A DNA stretch of 64,000 nt, taken from positions 853 through 64,852 of IMG/VR virus record IMGVR_UViG_2928552194_000001; one strand, written 5' to 3'. The number at the start of each line of letters is the position of its first letter. Positions within the stretch are counted from its first letter, which is position 1. Under the pieces are notes generated by a model, which was not told the DNA's origin, did no database searches, and saw nothing but the letters and a program-made list of their open reading frames with translations. A program made the translations under genes and the position numbers. The stretch is from a virus (taxonomy: Duplodnaviria; Caudoviricetes). Below are positions 46,948 through 54,506 of the stretch, piece after piece.

Positions 46948-47993
46948 GCTGCCCTCGCCTTCATTGCCGCATTGGAGCAGGCAGAGCACGAGGCTTGCGA
47001 ATGAGCCCACTTGCACGTTTCCGGCTTCTGGCAACGCGGGTTGAGGAAATTATCGACCGCACCGGCATGGGCGGGGGGCTTGGGGGATGCCGGTGCGGCC
47101 TCGGCTGGGGTAGCCGATGGGGTGTCGGACGGCGACGGTTCAACGCCAGCGGCGTTCGCCAGTCGGGCCATGCCCTTCACTGCAACGAATGCGTTGCCGT
47201 CCGATTGGGAATTGGTGGTGACGGACGCTGCTCCACCAAAGGCTTCAACATCCCGTCCGTCACCTTCGCCGGTATTCGTCGCCGGCGTCGACCTACTCAC
47301 CTCTCCCGCCATGCTGTCGGCTCGCCTCATCGTGGCCTTGCCGGTCGCACCGTTGTCCTCGGAGGCTTTCGCTTGGAATTGGAGATTGTTTCGGGCCAGG
47401 AAGAGCGCCCTGCCCTCATCGCCGGCGCGGTCAAATGGCGACTGAATGGCGTCGGCATCGCGCTCAGGGGCCGCGCGGGTGTCGACGGCCTGCGCAGCGG
47501 CATGACGTTCACCGGTTTTCAGGAGGTTGACCGATACGCGCTCGTTCTCACGCTCGACTCGCTCACGCCAGTCCGAAACAATTTCAGTGAACTCGGCTTC
47601 GGGGATCGCTGCCAGTTTACGAGCGCGGTCGGCGAGATGCTTATCGATGCCGGCATCAGCCAATGTCGGGCGATCATCCCGCGGGTCCGTTTGCGACCCA
47701 CGGCGAAGCGAGCCGGTGTTGAGGCCGACAGTAGCCCTTTGATCGGCGATCATTTCGCCCAGCCGGCGCTCAGCCCTGATCCTGATCTCGGCCGCGTCGA
47801 CCTCAAGCTGCTTGTTCTTCGCCTGCCTCGCGTAGGCCCGCATCGCTTCCGAGCGGTCGCGGATATCCTTCACATCATCGACGGACTTAGCTTCGGCAAG
47901 CGCACGGCAGGCGGCATCATATCGAACCAGCGACGGCTCGTTTGCCGCAGGCGGCGCAGCCTCTCCAGACTTTATGTCGCCGTAGGAGATCAT
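46944..47993 (-). CDS. Phage protein with helical N-domain, low-complexity linker and Cys-rich tail
   Basis: YDAACRALAEAKSVDDVKDIRD...RAERRLGEM..TLADAGI domain; ATGA overlap with cro. Confidence 0.65.
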   Translation of the reverse strand: MISYGDIKSGEAAPPAANEPSLVRYDAACRALAEAKSVDDVKDIRDRSEAMRAYARQAKNKQLEVDAAEIRIRAERRLGEMIADQRATVGLNTGSLRRGSQTDPRDDRPTLADAGIDKHLADRARKLAAIPEAEFTEIVSDWRERVERENERVSVNLLKTGERHAAAQAVDTRAAPERDADAIQSPFDRAGDEGRALFLARNNLQFQAKASEDNGATGKATMRRADSMAGEVSRSTPATNTGEGDGRDVEAFGGAASVTTNSQSDGNAFVAVKGMARLANAAGVEPSPSDTPSATPAEAAPASPKPPAHAGAVDNFLNPRCQKPETCKWAHSQASCSACSNAAMKARAA

Positions 47994-48211
47994 GCGGCTT
48001 CTCCGGTGGCCGGGGCCTCGAAGAACCAAGCATCGTTCCAGTCGATCGACCGATCGGCGGCAGCACGGCGGATCGCCTGCATTTCGTCGAGAGACGGCGC
48101 AACACCGGCTTCCCAACGAGACACGCTCGCCTGGGTCACACCTGCCAAAGCCGCAAATTCGGCCTGTGTTACCTTGAAAATTTCTCGACGGATGTATCGG
48201 ATCGCGCTCAT
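47990..48211 (-). CDS. cro: Cro-like HTH repressor
   Basis: VTQAEFAALAGVTQASVSRWE; divergent from cI. Confidence 0.88.
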   Translation of the reverse strand: MSAIRYIRREIFKVTQAEFAALAGVTQASVSRWEAGVAPSLDEMQAIRRAAADRSIDWNDAWFFEAPATGEAA

Positions 48212-48224
48212 GGCTACGCATATT

Positions 48225-48293
48225 ATGCGCAAACGGATAGTTTGCAAGCGCAAAATTATGCGCAAGCGGATTTTCCTTTATCCGCCCTACATG
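48225..48293. promoter_or_regulatory. OR-like operators between cro and cI
   Basis: ATGCGCAAACGGATA (48225-48239), ATGCGCAAGCGGATT (48258-48272) and a degenerate TATCCGCCCTACAT; same motif at 52063-52130. Confidence 0.82.
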
Positions 48294-48307
48294 GCAGCGT
48301 CCTTTTC

Positions 48308-48958
48308 ATGACGATCGAGCAGAAAATCCGCGCCATCATGAAGGCTACTGGCTGGAAGCAGCAGAAGCTTGCTGAGCATTTCGAGGTATCGCAATCGACA
48401 GTGAACCGCTGGCTGTCCGGATCTGAACCGGAAGGCCACCGCCGCGATGCGATTAACGAAACCTATGAACGGCTGGTAGACCACGGTCCGAAAGATGGCG
48501 ACGGCTCAGAGGTTCCCCTTATGGGATTTCTAGGAGCTGGCGCGGAAGTCGAGCCGGACTATGAGCAGGTCCCACCAGAAGGGCTTGACCAGATCCATAT
48601 CCCTTTTCCGGTCCCAGACGATATGATTGCGTTTTCTGTCAGCGGGATCTCGATGATGCCGGTCTTCAAACCCGGCACGATTATCGTGGTTTACCGCGAA
48701 CAGAAGAAGCCGATCGAATCTTTCTATGGGATGGAGGCTGCCGTTCGGACAGCGGAAGGCCGGCGCTTCATCAAGACGATCACCAAGGGCAGCAAACCCG
48801 GAACGGTCACCCTCACGTCGTGGAACGACCCCATGCCGATTGAGGATCAGAAACTGGAATGGATAGGCGAGATATTCGCGGTGCTGCCGCCGGCCGCATT
48901 GAGGAAGGTCGAAAAGCAGGGTGGCATCCAAGGTCATCTTGGTTTGAAGACAGCATAG
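48308..48958 (+). CDS. cI: CI-like repressor (HTH plus S24 autopeptidase)
   Basis: QQKLAEHFEVSQSTVNRW HTH; GAG cleavage site; GISM (Ser) and FIK (Lys) dyad; no SD, so possibly leaderless. Confidence 0.92.
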   Translation: MTIEQKIRAIMKATGWKQQKLAEHFEVSQSTVNRWLSGSEPEGHRRDAINETYERLVDHGPKDGDGSEVPLMGFLGAGAEVEPDYEQVPPEGLDQIHIPFPVPDDMIAFSVSGISMMPVFKPGTIIVVYREQKKPIESFYGMEAAVRTAEGRRFIKTITKGSKPGTVTLTSWNDPMPIEDQKLEWIGEIFAVLPPAALRKVEKQGGIQGHLGLKTA

Positions 48959-48971
48959 CTCTGGAGGCTTG

Positions 48972-49355
48972 ATGATGACAGTCGATCGCGGGGAACCCGA
49001 TCTTTACGTCAAACTTCCAGAACGCCCCGATCTGGTCGGCACGATGATGCGCGGCCATACAATGGGCGCGATCAAGGATGGCTGGATCGTCTACTACTAC
49101 GATTTGCGGCGCCGGCCCTCAGATGATCTCGTGGGGGAATTGTGCATTGTCATGACGGAAGGCGGGCGGAAGCTCATTCGCTATCTCCGCCGCGGCCACC
49201 TACCGGGAACGTGGGATCTTGTGACCGATTCCGGGAACCACATCCTCGACGTCGTTCTCCAGTGGGCAGAAAAGGTAGTTCTGATACAGCCCTATGTGCC
49301 CAATGGGGAAGAGTTGGCGAAGTTGGCCAAGCACAACTCGGTTAGCACCGAATAA
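48972..49355 (+). CDS. Stand-alone S24-like domain with altered catalytic residues
   Basis: Aligns by eye to the CI C-domain; GHTM and LIR replace GISM and FIK; GGAGG SD. Confidence 0.7.
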   Translation: MMTVDRGEPDLYVKLPERPDLVGTMMRGHTMGAIKDGWIVYYYDLRRRPSDDLVGELCIVMTEGGRKLIRYLRRGHLPGTWDLVTDSGNHILDVVLQWAEKVVLIQPYVPNGEELAKLAKHNSVSTE

Positions 49356-49372
49356 GCGCGGAAGGGCTTGGA

Positions 49373-49597
49373 ATGACCCCAGACCAGCTCGACGCCGCCC
49401 TGCACGACATACGCTGGACGCCCGACATCCTGGCCCGGGCGCTGGGATGCGACGTCTCGCTTGTCCATGCCTGGCTCGACGGAAACGCCGAAATCCCCAT
49501 GAAGGTCGGCGTCTGGATCAAGGTCGTTGCCGACCACCACCAAGCTTTCGAGCAGACCAAGCCGGCCGGCGTGAAGGGCAAGAAGTATCTGGAATGA
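49373..49597 (+). CDS. Small XRE-like HTH protein
   Basis: ILARALGCDVSLVHAWLDGNAEIP. Confidence 0.75.
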   Translation: MTPDQLDAALHDIRWTPDILARALGCDVSLVHAWLDGNAEIPMKVGVWIKVVADHHQAFEQTKPAGVKGKKYLE

Positions 49598-49776
49598 AAA
49601 TCACCCTCACCCTCTTGACCGACGAGCGAATTGCCTTGCGTCGGTTTGCCAATGCGACGGGTAAAAGCCTGGATGACGCGGCACATCTGGCACTCCGGGA
49701 ATATCTGATCAGCACCGGAGATTTGGAGATGCTGCACGAGTTAGGCGAGGATACGGAGACGGCCGGAGAGGCGTAA
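49594..49776 (+). CDS. Small ribbon-helix-helix-like protein
   Basis: MKITLTL..ERIALRRFA...LDDAAHLALREYL; ATGA overlap. Confidence 0.6.
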   Translation: MKITLTLLTDERIALRRFANATGKSLDDAAHLALREYLISTGDLEMLHELGEDTETAGEA

Positions 49777-49801
49777 CGCGTCATCCGCGGCATATTGTCA
49801 G

Positions 49802-49845
49802 TTGACGTTAACGAACTATATAGGTATCACCATGATACATAGTTC
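49802..49845 (+). promoter_or_regulatory. TA promoter with palindromic operator
   Basis: TTGACG-17-TATCAC; GTATCA-CCA-TGATAC nested within GAACTAT...ATAGTTC. Confidence 0.7.
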
Positions 49846-49875
49846 AAGCGGGAAAGCTCGCTTGCAGGGGGAGCT

Positions 49876-50247
49876 ATGACTGCAACTCAGCCGTGGGAGC
49901 CGGGCCGTGCTACCATTGAGATTAGATCGATCGCACGCAGCAAAAAACTTAATATTAGCTACAAGCTGCATGCGCGGGACCGATTGGCCGAACGCAGCCT
50001 AATCGTCTCGGATGTTTTGCACGCGCTGAAATACGGCAACGTTTATCAGGCCCCCATACCGGCAACCAGGGCCGGCCACTACCGCTATCGAATTGAATGC
50101 CGAACGCCAAATAGCGGAAGCAGGACAATCGGGGTCGTCGTTATCCCGTCGAAAAGTGGGTGCTTGATAAAAGTTGTATCGGTCATGTGGATCGATGAGT
50201 TCGAGCGGAATGCAGGCTCGATAATTGGAGTACCAGAAGATGAATAG
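49876..50247 (+). CDS. DUF4258-family (RelE-fold) toxin
   Basis: YKLHARDRLAERSLIVSDVLHALKYG...YRYRIE...VVSVM. Confidence 0.8.
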   Translation: MTATQPWEPGRATIEIRSIARSKKLNISYKLHARDRLAERSLIVSDVLHALKYGNVYQAPIPATRAGHYRYRIECRTPNSGSRTIGVVVIPSKSGCLIKVVSVMWIDEFERNAGSIIGVPEDE

Positions 50248-50698
50248 CTCACATCATTACACCGAATGCGGCCTCATGAATGTCTACATCGATGGCATCG
50301 CCGTGGAGATGGATGATGACGGCGATGAAATCATCACCATTCCCGCCGTGAACGAGTTGCACCACATCATTGCGCTCGGCATTGTCCAGCACGAAAAGGG
50401 CATGAGCGGCGACGAGCTAAGGTTTCTCCGGACCGAAATGGGGTTGACACAGGCTGAATTGGCGAACCTTGTCCATCGCGACAAGCAATCGATCGGCCGG
50501 TGGGAACGGGATGAGATTGACATTGATAGCACATCGGAGGCGATCATTCGTCGCATGGCTATCGAGAAACTTAAGCTTCCGGTCGAGGCAGGGATTGATG
50601 AACTGTCTCGCCGAAGTGTTCCTACTGTCGATGAGCAGCCGATCAAGATCCAAAAGGTCGATAATGACCATCGAACTTACGAGTTGCTCGCAGCATAG
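50240..50698 (+). CDS. HTH antitoxin (HigA/MqsA-like)
   Basis: HYTECGLMNVY N-domain and ELRFLRTEMGLTQAELANLV...IGRWE HTH; overlaps the toxin. Confidence 0.82.
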   Translation: MNSSHHYTECGLMNVYIDGIAVEMDDDGDEIITIPAVNELHHIIALGIVQHEKGMSGDELRFLRTEMGLTQAELANLVHRDKQSIGRWERDEIDIDSTSEAIIRRMAIEKLKLPVEAGIDELSRRSVPTVDEQPIKIQKVDNDHRTYELLAA

Positions 50699-50702
50699 TC
50701 TA

Positions 50703-50731
50703 GACCCCGGCTCCGGCCGGGGTTTTCGTTT
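50703..50731 (+). terminator. Rho-independent terminator
   Basis: ACCCCGGC-TCCG-GCCGGGGT followed by TTTCGTTT. Confidence 0.8.
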
Positions 50732-50765
50732 CAGGCGATCAATGGTGGGCAACCGAGGTGCCCCT

Positions 50766-51068
50766 CTACCGCCAGCTTCTCGCGTCTCGATCACGCTGAT
50801 CTAGCAAGTGCTTCATCGCTTCATTCCGGCTACATCGATATTTTCTGGCCGCCCCCGCGATCAATTCCTCCTGCCGCTTAACTCCCATCATCGCGAAGAC
50901 GTTGCGGAATCGTAGCTCGGTCGCGGACACAGGACGGCGCCAGATTCGGCTTATCTTTCGCCCAGAGACAACCAGCGCCAGTAGGGAAAGGGCCACAAAG
51001 GCTACCGCGGCCAGGGCGACCGTTACAACGTTGGCCCGAACTAGTTCTATGATTTCTTCAAGCCCCAT
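50766..51068 (-). CDS. Membrane-anchored hypothetical protein
   Basis: Single N-terminal TM, basic C-domain. Confidence 0.6.
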   Translation of the reverse strand: MGLEEIIELVRANVVTVALAAVAFVALSLLALVVSGRKISRIWRRPVSATELRFRNVFAMMGVKRQEELIAGAARKYRCSRNEAMKHLLDQRDRDARSWR

Positions 51069-51140
51069 GGCTTTGATGATGGCTCGAACAGATTACCGAA
51101 TGGGAAATGGCTGATCGCTGGTTGGTCAGCGCCATCCTTT

Positions 51141-51488
51141 CTACGTTTCAGCCCGTGTCTTTTCGGCCAGATACGCGGCCGGATCGATGTGACGGACCTC
51201 CGATGCCGCGCCGAACGTGCCGAGAATGAATGGCTCGCGGCCGACCGGAGCCTTGCCGCCTTGTGCGTTCGGACAGAGCGAACGCTGGAGTTTCACCATG
51301 TACGGGAAAAGCGGCTTGGACCGATCGTTGGTGAACTTGGTTTTTTGCCGGCCGAGCGTACGCGCCATCCAGTACGCCTGCCGCTCGCTTTTTAGAGCAT
51401 CGACGTCGACACCCTTGCGCCGAAGCCAATCGCGAAGCGGATAGAGTGCTTCTGGCCAGTCGTATGTCGTAATCGGACGTTTGCTCAT
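51141..51488 (-). CDS. Basic hypothetical protein downstream of the long leader
   Basis: MSKRPITTYDWPEAL...; GGAAGG SD before ATG 51488. Confidence 0.65.
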   Translation of the reverse strand: MSKRPITTYDWPEALYPLRDWLRRKGVDVDALKSERQAYWMARTLGRQKTKFTNDRSKPLFPYMVKLQRSLCPNAQGGKAPVGREPFILGTFGAASEVRHIDPAAYLAEKTRAET

Positions 51489-51489
51489 G

Positions 51490-52043
51490 TGGTTTCCTTC
51501 CTGATCCCATAGGCTTCCAAAAGGAGCGTCCTTCACACATCGAAGGCCGTCCTTTCCCGTCGGCTCGAAGACCGACCAAGCATCCGTGAAACCGATATAC
51601 GCCCAGCCTGGCATTTGATTTGGCAGTGCCCACCTGCCCTTCACCGGCATCCTCCCGCCTGTCCAGCGGTGCGAACGGAACGCGCCGATACGAAACTCAA
51701 CTATGGCGTGTGATAAGTTGGCTGGGATTATTCCTCGCGCAGCAAGCGTTGTTCGAGGACGGGCGCTCCAAACCCCGTCGGCTTCGTCCGATGATTCCGC
51801 CACCGGCAGCGGTTGGGAAATTCATGCACCGGATGATCGGCGCGACGGGGCAAAATCCCCTGAAGACCGTCGCCTCATGCGCTTGAACCGCTACGTCTTG
51901 CCGGGAACCTCCGAGCAGACACAAGATGTTGCGACTTTCGCGCCGCGCAGGCCCGTTTGTTGTTGTCGATCCGGTCATGTTCTGATACATAAGCCGTCAG
52001 TTATCTTTGTGCTGCGCGCCCCGGTCGGATCATCCCGCCGGGG
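51490..52043 (-). ncRNA. Candidate ~550-nt structured RNA or long leader
   Basis: No convincing ORF; several stems (e.g. CCCCGTCG 51773 / CGACGGGG 51843); predicted minus-strand promoter at 52049-52077. Confidence 0.45.
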
Positions 52044-52053
52044 CTTTTCTTTT
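51998..52053 (+). ncRNA. Candidate ~55-nt antisense RNA
   Basis: TTGTCG(51963)-17-TACATA(51986) promoter; GCCCCGG/CCGGGGC terminator (52018-52044) plus TTTTCTTTT. Confidence 0.5.
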
Positions 52054-52135
52054 ATCCGCGACTATCCGCCTTCGCAATTAATTTTATCCGTTTGCGCATT
52101 TTCTTTCTTGACGTTTATCCGTTTGCGCATATTAT
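52049..52135. promoter_or_regulatory. OL-like operators with divergent promoters
   Basis: TATCCGTTTGCGCAT at 52085 and 52116, degenerate copy at 52063; + strand TTGACG(52108)-16-TATTAT; - strand TTGCGA-17-TAAAAG. Confidence 0.8.
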
Positions 52136-52197
52136 CCGCTCATACCCACCACGAAGAAGCCCCGGCCGATCTGGTGGATTTGAGAGGAAACGGAACG

Positions 52198-52632
52198 ATG
52201 GCAGCCGATACGAAGACGATTGACCGGATCAAGTCACTGCGCCGCGAGGCTGCAGCAATTGCCGGTTTTCATGCGCTCTATTCCGAGAAGTATTCGCCCG
52301 ACAGTCATTGCGACAAGAAGGGATACGGCTTCGGTGGTGACGACCGTTTTGCAGCGTTCACCATCAACTCCAAGTTCGAGAGCCATGCCGGATACTACGG
52401 CAATTCGTCCTGCTCTCGCATCCTCAATGTCTACGACCGCGAGATTGTCGAGAAGGCTTTCGTCAAGGCTCTCAACATTCACCAGAAAGAGCTTTTCGCG
52501 ACCGCAGCCCGCCTCATGCGTGAGGAGGCCGCGAGCCTGACCGATCAGGCTGCGAAGGAAATCGAAGCGCTCAAATCGCTGCTCGACACGGCGCTTGCAG
52601 ATGTTGCCGAAGCGCAATCCGAAGCGGCGTGA
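52198..52632 (+). CDS. First gene of the PL-like early operon, hypothetical
   Basis: GAGAGG SD before ATG 52198. Confidence 0.7.
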   Translation: MAADTKTIDRIKSLRREAAAIAGFHALYSEKYSPDSHCDKKGYGFGGDDRFAAFTINSKFESHAGYYGNSSCSRILNVYDREIVEKAFVKALNIHQKELFATAARLMREEAASLTDQAAKEIEALKSLLDTALADVAEAQSEAA

Positions 52633-52647
52633 CGGGAGGCCAGTCTC

Positions 52648-53052
52648 ATGAACATCCACTCGCAGGACTACCTTGCCGATACGCCGATGAAGGTGCGCCG
52701 GGACTTGCTGGCGGCGGTCGAACTTTATCGGAACGAAGACACGATCATGCTGGAGCAGGCCATCGAGGCCATAGCTTCGGGCCGGGCCGTGTACTGGACC
52801 GCCTCGGGCTATTCCAACGCCCGCGCCTCGGACCTGCCCTACGAACTTAACCGGGGCAAGCCGATCCTTGAGGCGATCGACGCGGCATATGCGGGCCGTG
52901 AGTTCCTGCGCCAGCAAGCTCTCGACACCATTGTTCCGATCAACCGCAAGGCCGCGAATGCCCTTGTTCTGGCTTATGCCAAGTTCGGGTCTTGGGTGGA
53001 CGAGGACGAGCTTTTGGAGCGCCGGGTGCGTGATGTGCGGAGGGCTGCGTGA
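52648..53052 (+). CDS. Hypothetical protein
   Basis: GGAGG SD; tight packing. Confidence 0.65.
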   Translation: MNIHSQDYLADTPMKVRRDLLAAVELYRNEDTIMLEQAIEAIASGRAVYWTASGYSNARASDLPYELNRGKPILEAIDAAYAGREFLRQQALDTIVPINRKAANALVLAYAKFGSWVDEDELLERRVRDVRRAA

Positions 53053-53309
53053 TGTCCTACGCAAGCGAGCAAGGCGTTCTGAATGCGCAATGGAATGCGG
53101 CTGAGATGGCCTTTCAGGCCGAGAGAGCAAAATGCTCTCCGCATGTCCTGATGCGCCCCAGATCGTTCCCTGACGGGAACATGTGGTGCGCCCTCTATGG
53201 GGAAAATTTGCAGGAGGGCGTAGCTGGCTTTGGCAAAACTCCAGAGCGTGCCGTCGCTGACTTCGACAAGAACTGGCGCGAACAGACTTTGGCGGGTGGG
53301 ACGACATGA
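53049..53309 (+). CDS. Small phage protein with HicB-like motif
   Basis: DGNMWCALYGENLQEGVAGFGKTPERAVADFD. Confidence 0.65.
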   Translation: MMSYASEQGVLNAQWNAAEMAFQAERAKCSPHVLMRPRSFPDGNMWCALYGENLQEGVAGFGKTPERAVADFDKNWREQTLAGGTT

Positions 53310-53560
53310 CCCGCGCCCGCCACGAACGCCAGATCAAGCTGACGAGCTACACCCACAACGGACGCAACACGTTCGAGGCCGCGCTTTTCGAGGTCCTGTA
53401 TCGACGCGGCGCACTCGACCTTTCCTGGCTCTCCGACGATCTGATCGCGGAAGTCCGACACCGCATGATTTCAAAGGAATGGTCCCGCCACAAGTTCCGC
53501 CGCGAGCAGCGGAAGCAAGCGCAAGCCATCCTCGCAAAGCAGAAGGAAGAAGCGGCATGA
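53306..53560 (+). CDS. Hypothetical protein
   Basis: ATGA overlaps at both ends. Confidence 0.6.
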   Translation: MTRARHERQIKLTSYTHNGRNTFEAALFEVLYRRGALDLSWLSDDLIAEVRHRMISKEWSRHKFRREQRKQAQAILAKQKEEAA

Positions 53561-53979
53561 GCGCGCTCGGATACGCAGAAGGCGAAATGTGCAACCGGGG
53601 TGGCTGCGTTGGCGTCATCGAATTGCACCGTAGCGAAAACTGCTCGTGCCACATCACCCCACCGTGCCTTTCCTGCACATCGCCGCGTGGCTATTGCCCC
53701 GCCTGCGACTGGCAAGAGGCCGATGACCCGCTCGTCGTGATGGAAGTCACCACGATCCACCTGCCGACCGGCTTCATCGAGCGCAGGAAGCGCGTCCTCG
53801 ACCCGTCGAAGATCGACTACCGCATCGAGGCGCATAGCAACTCGTCGCAAAAAGTCATCGGCGTCTACCCGGAAGGAACGGCGCGGGCAGAGGTAGAGCA
53901 GCGCGTCAAGGGCACCTTTGGTGGTCGCTTTGAGCGCTTCGGCTCCGGCCATTTCACCTACATCGCGTCCACAGACTAG
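53557..53979 (+). CDS. Cys-rich hypothetical protein
   Basis: CNRGGC...CSCHITPPCLSC...CPAC. Confidence 0.7.
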   Translation: MSALGYAEGEMCNRGGCVGVIELHRSENCSCHITPPCLSCTSPRGYCPACDWQEADDPLVVMEVTTIHLPTGFIERRKRVLDPSKIDYRIEAHSNSSQKVIGVYPEGTARAEVEQRVKGTFGGRFERFGSGHFTYIASTD

Positions 53980-53991
53980 GAGGCCGCATAG

Positions 53992-54318
53992 ATGCCCGCC
54001 GATACAGTGAAGCATACGCCGGGGCCGTGGCACATCGTTGACACCTTCGACGGTAAATACACCATCGCGGCGGGAGACAGCATCGTTGCGCGCGTCGATG
54101 GCAACGAAATGGGAGCCGCGTTCTCACCCAAGCAGAACAAGGCCAACGCCGACCTGGTTGCGTTCACCAGCACCGCTTTCAGCCGAGAACGTCTCGAACC
54201 CATTCTCATCGACCTCGTCACGAAGGGCATTGAGGGATGGAAGAAGAACGACGAGGCTTTGATTGATCTGGCAATCTCAGATGCCATTGCAACCATCGCC
54301 AAAACGGAGGGCTGCTGA
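53992..54318 (+). CDS. Phage hypothetical protein (HTPGPW family)
   Basis: KHTPGPW...ANADLVA motif. Confidence 0.7.
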   Translation: MPADTVKHTPGPWHIVDTFDGKYTIAAGDSIVARVDGNEMGAAFSPKQNKANADLVAFTSTAFSRERLEPILIDLVTKGIEGWKKNDEALIDLAISDAIATIAKTEGC

Positions 54319-54506
54319 TGTCCCCCGCCCCCGAATTCATCACCATCGAACTGGCCCGCCTTACCCGCGCTGAGGGTCAGTGGGCCCGCCGGTTTCGAGA
54401 TTACGAACTGCTCCTGACCGCCGGCCTGTCCTGCGAGGAAGCGGCGCAGATCGTCACCGATCTGGCGCGAGAGGCTGAATCCCAACGCGAATTGGAGGCT
54501 GTGTAG
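54318..54506 (+). CDS. Hypothetical protein
   Basis: GGAGG SD; TGATG overlap. Confidence 0.55.
   Translation: MSPAPEFITIELARLTRAEGQWARRFRDYELLLTAGLSCEEAAQIVTDLAREAESQRELEAV

Noticed and set aside
47942-48307. 338-aa N-terminally extended CI
   Set aside because: The extension overlaps cro and the operators; the HTH begins right after ATG 48308.
51490-52050. Retron msr-msd, or protein genes 51697-51990 (-) and N-extended 51703-52632 (+)
   Set aside because: No RT nearby; the ORFs lack SDs, run across promoters, operators and a terminator, and look compositionally random. Real starts are at 51488 and 52198.
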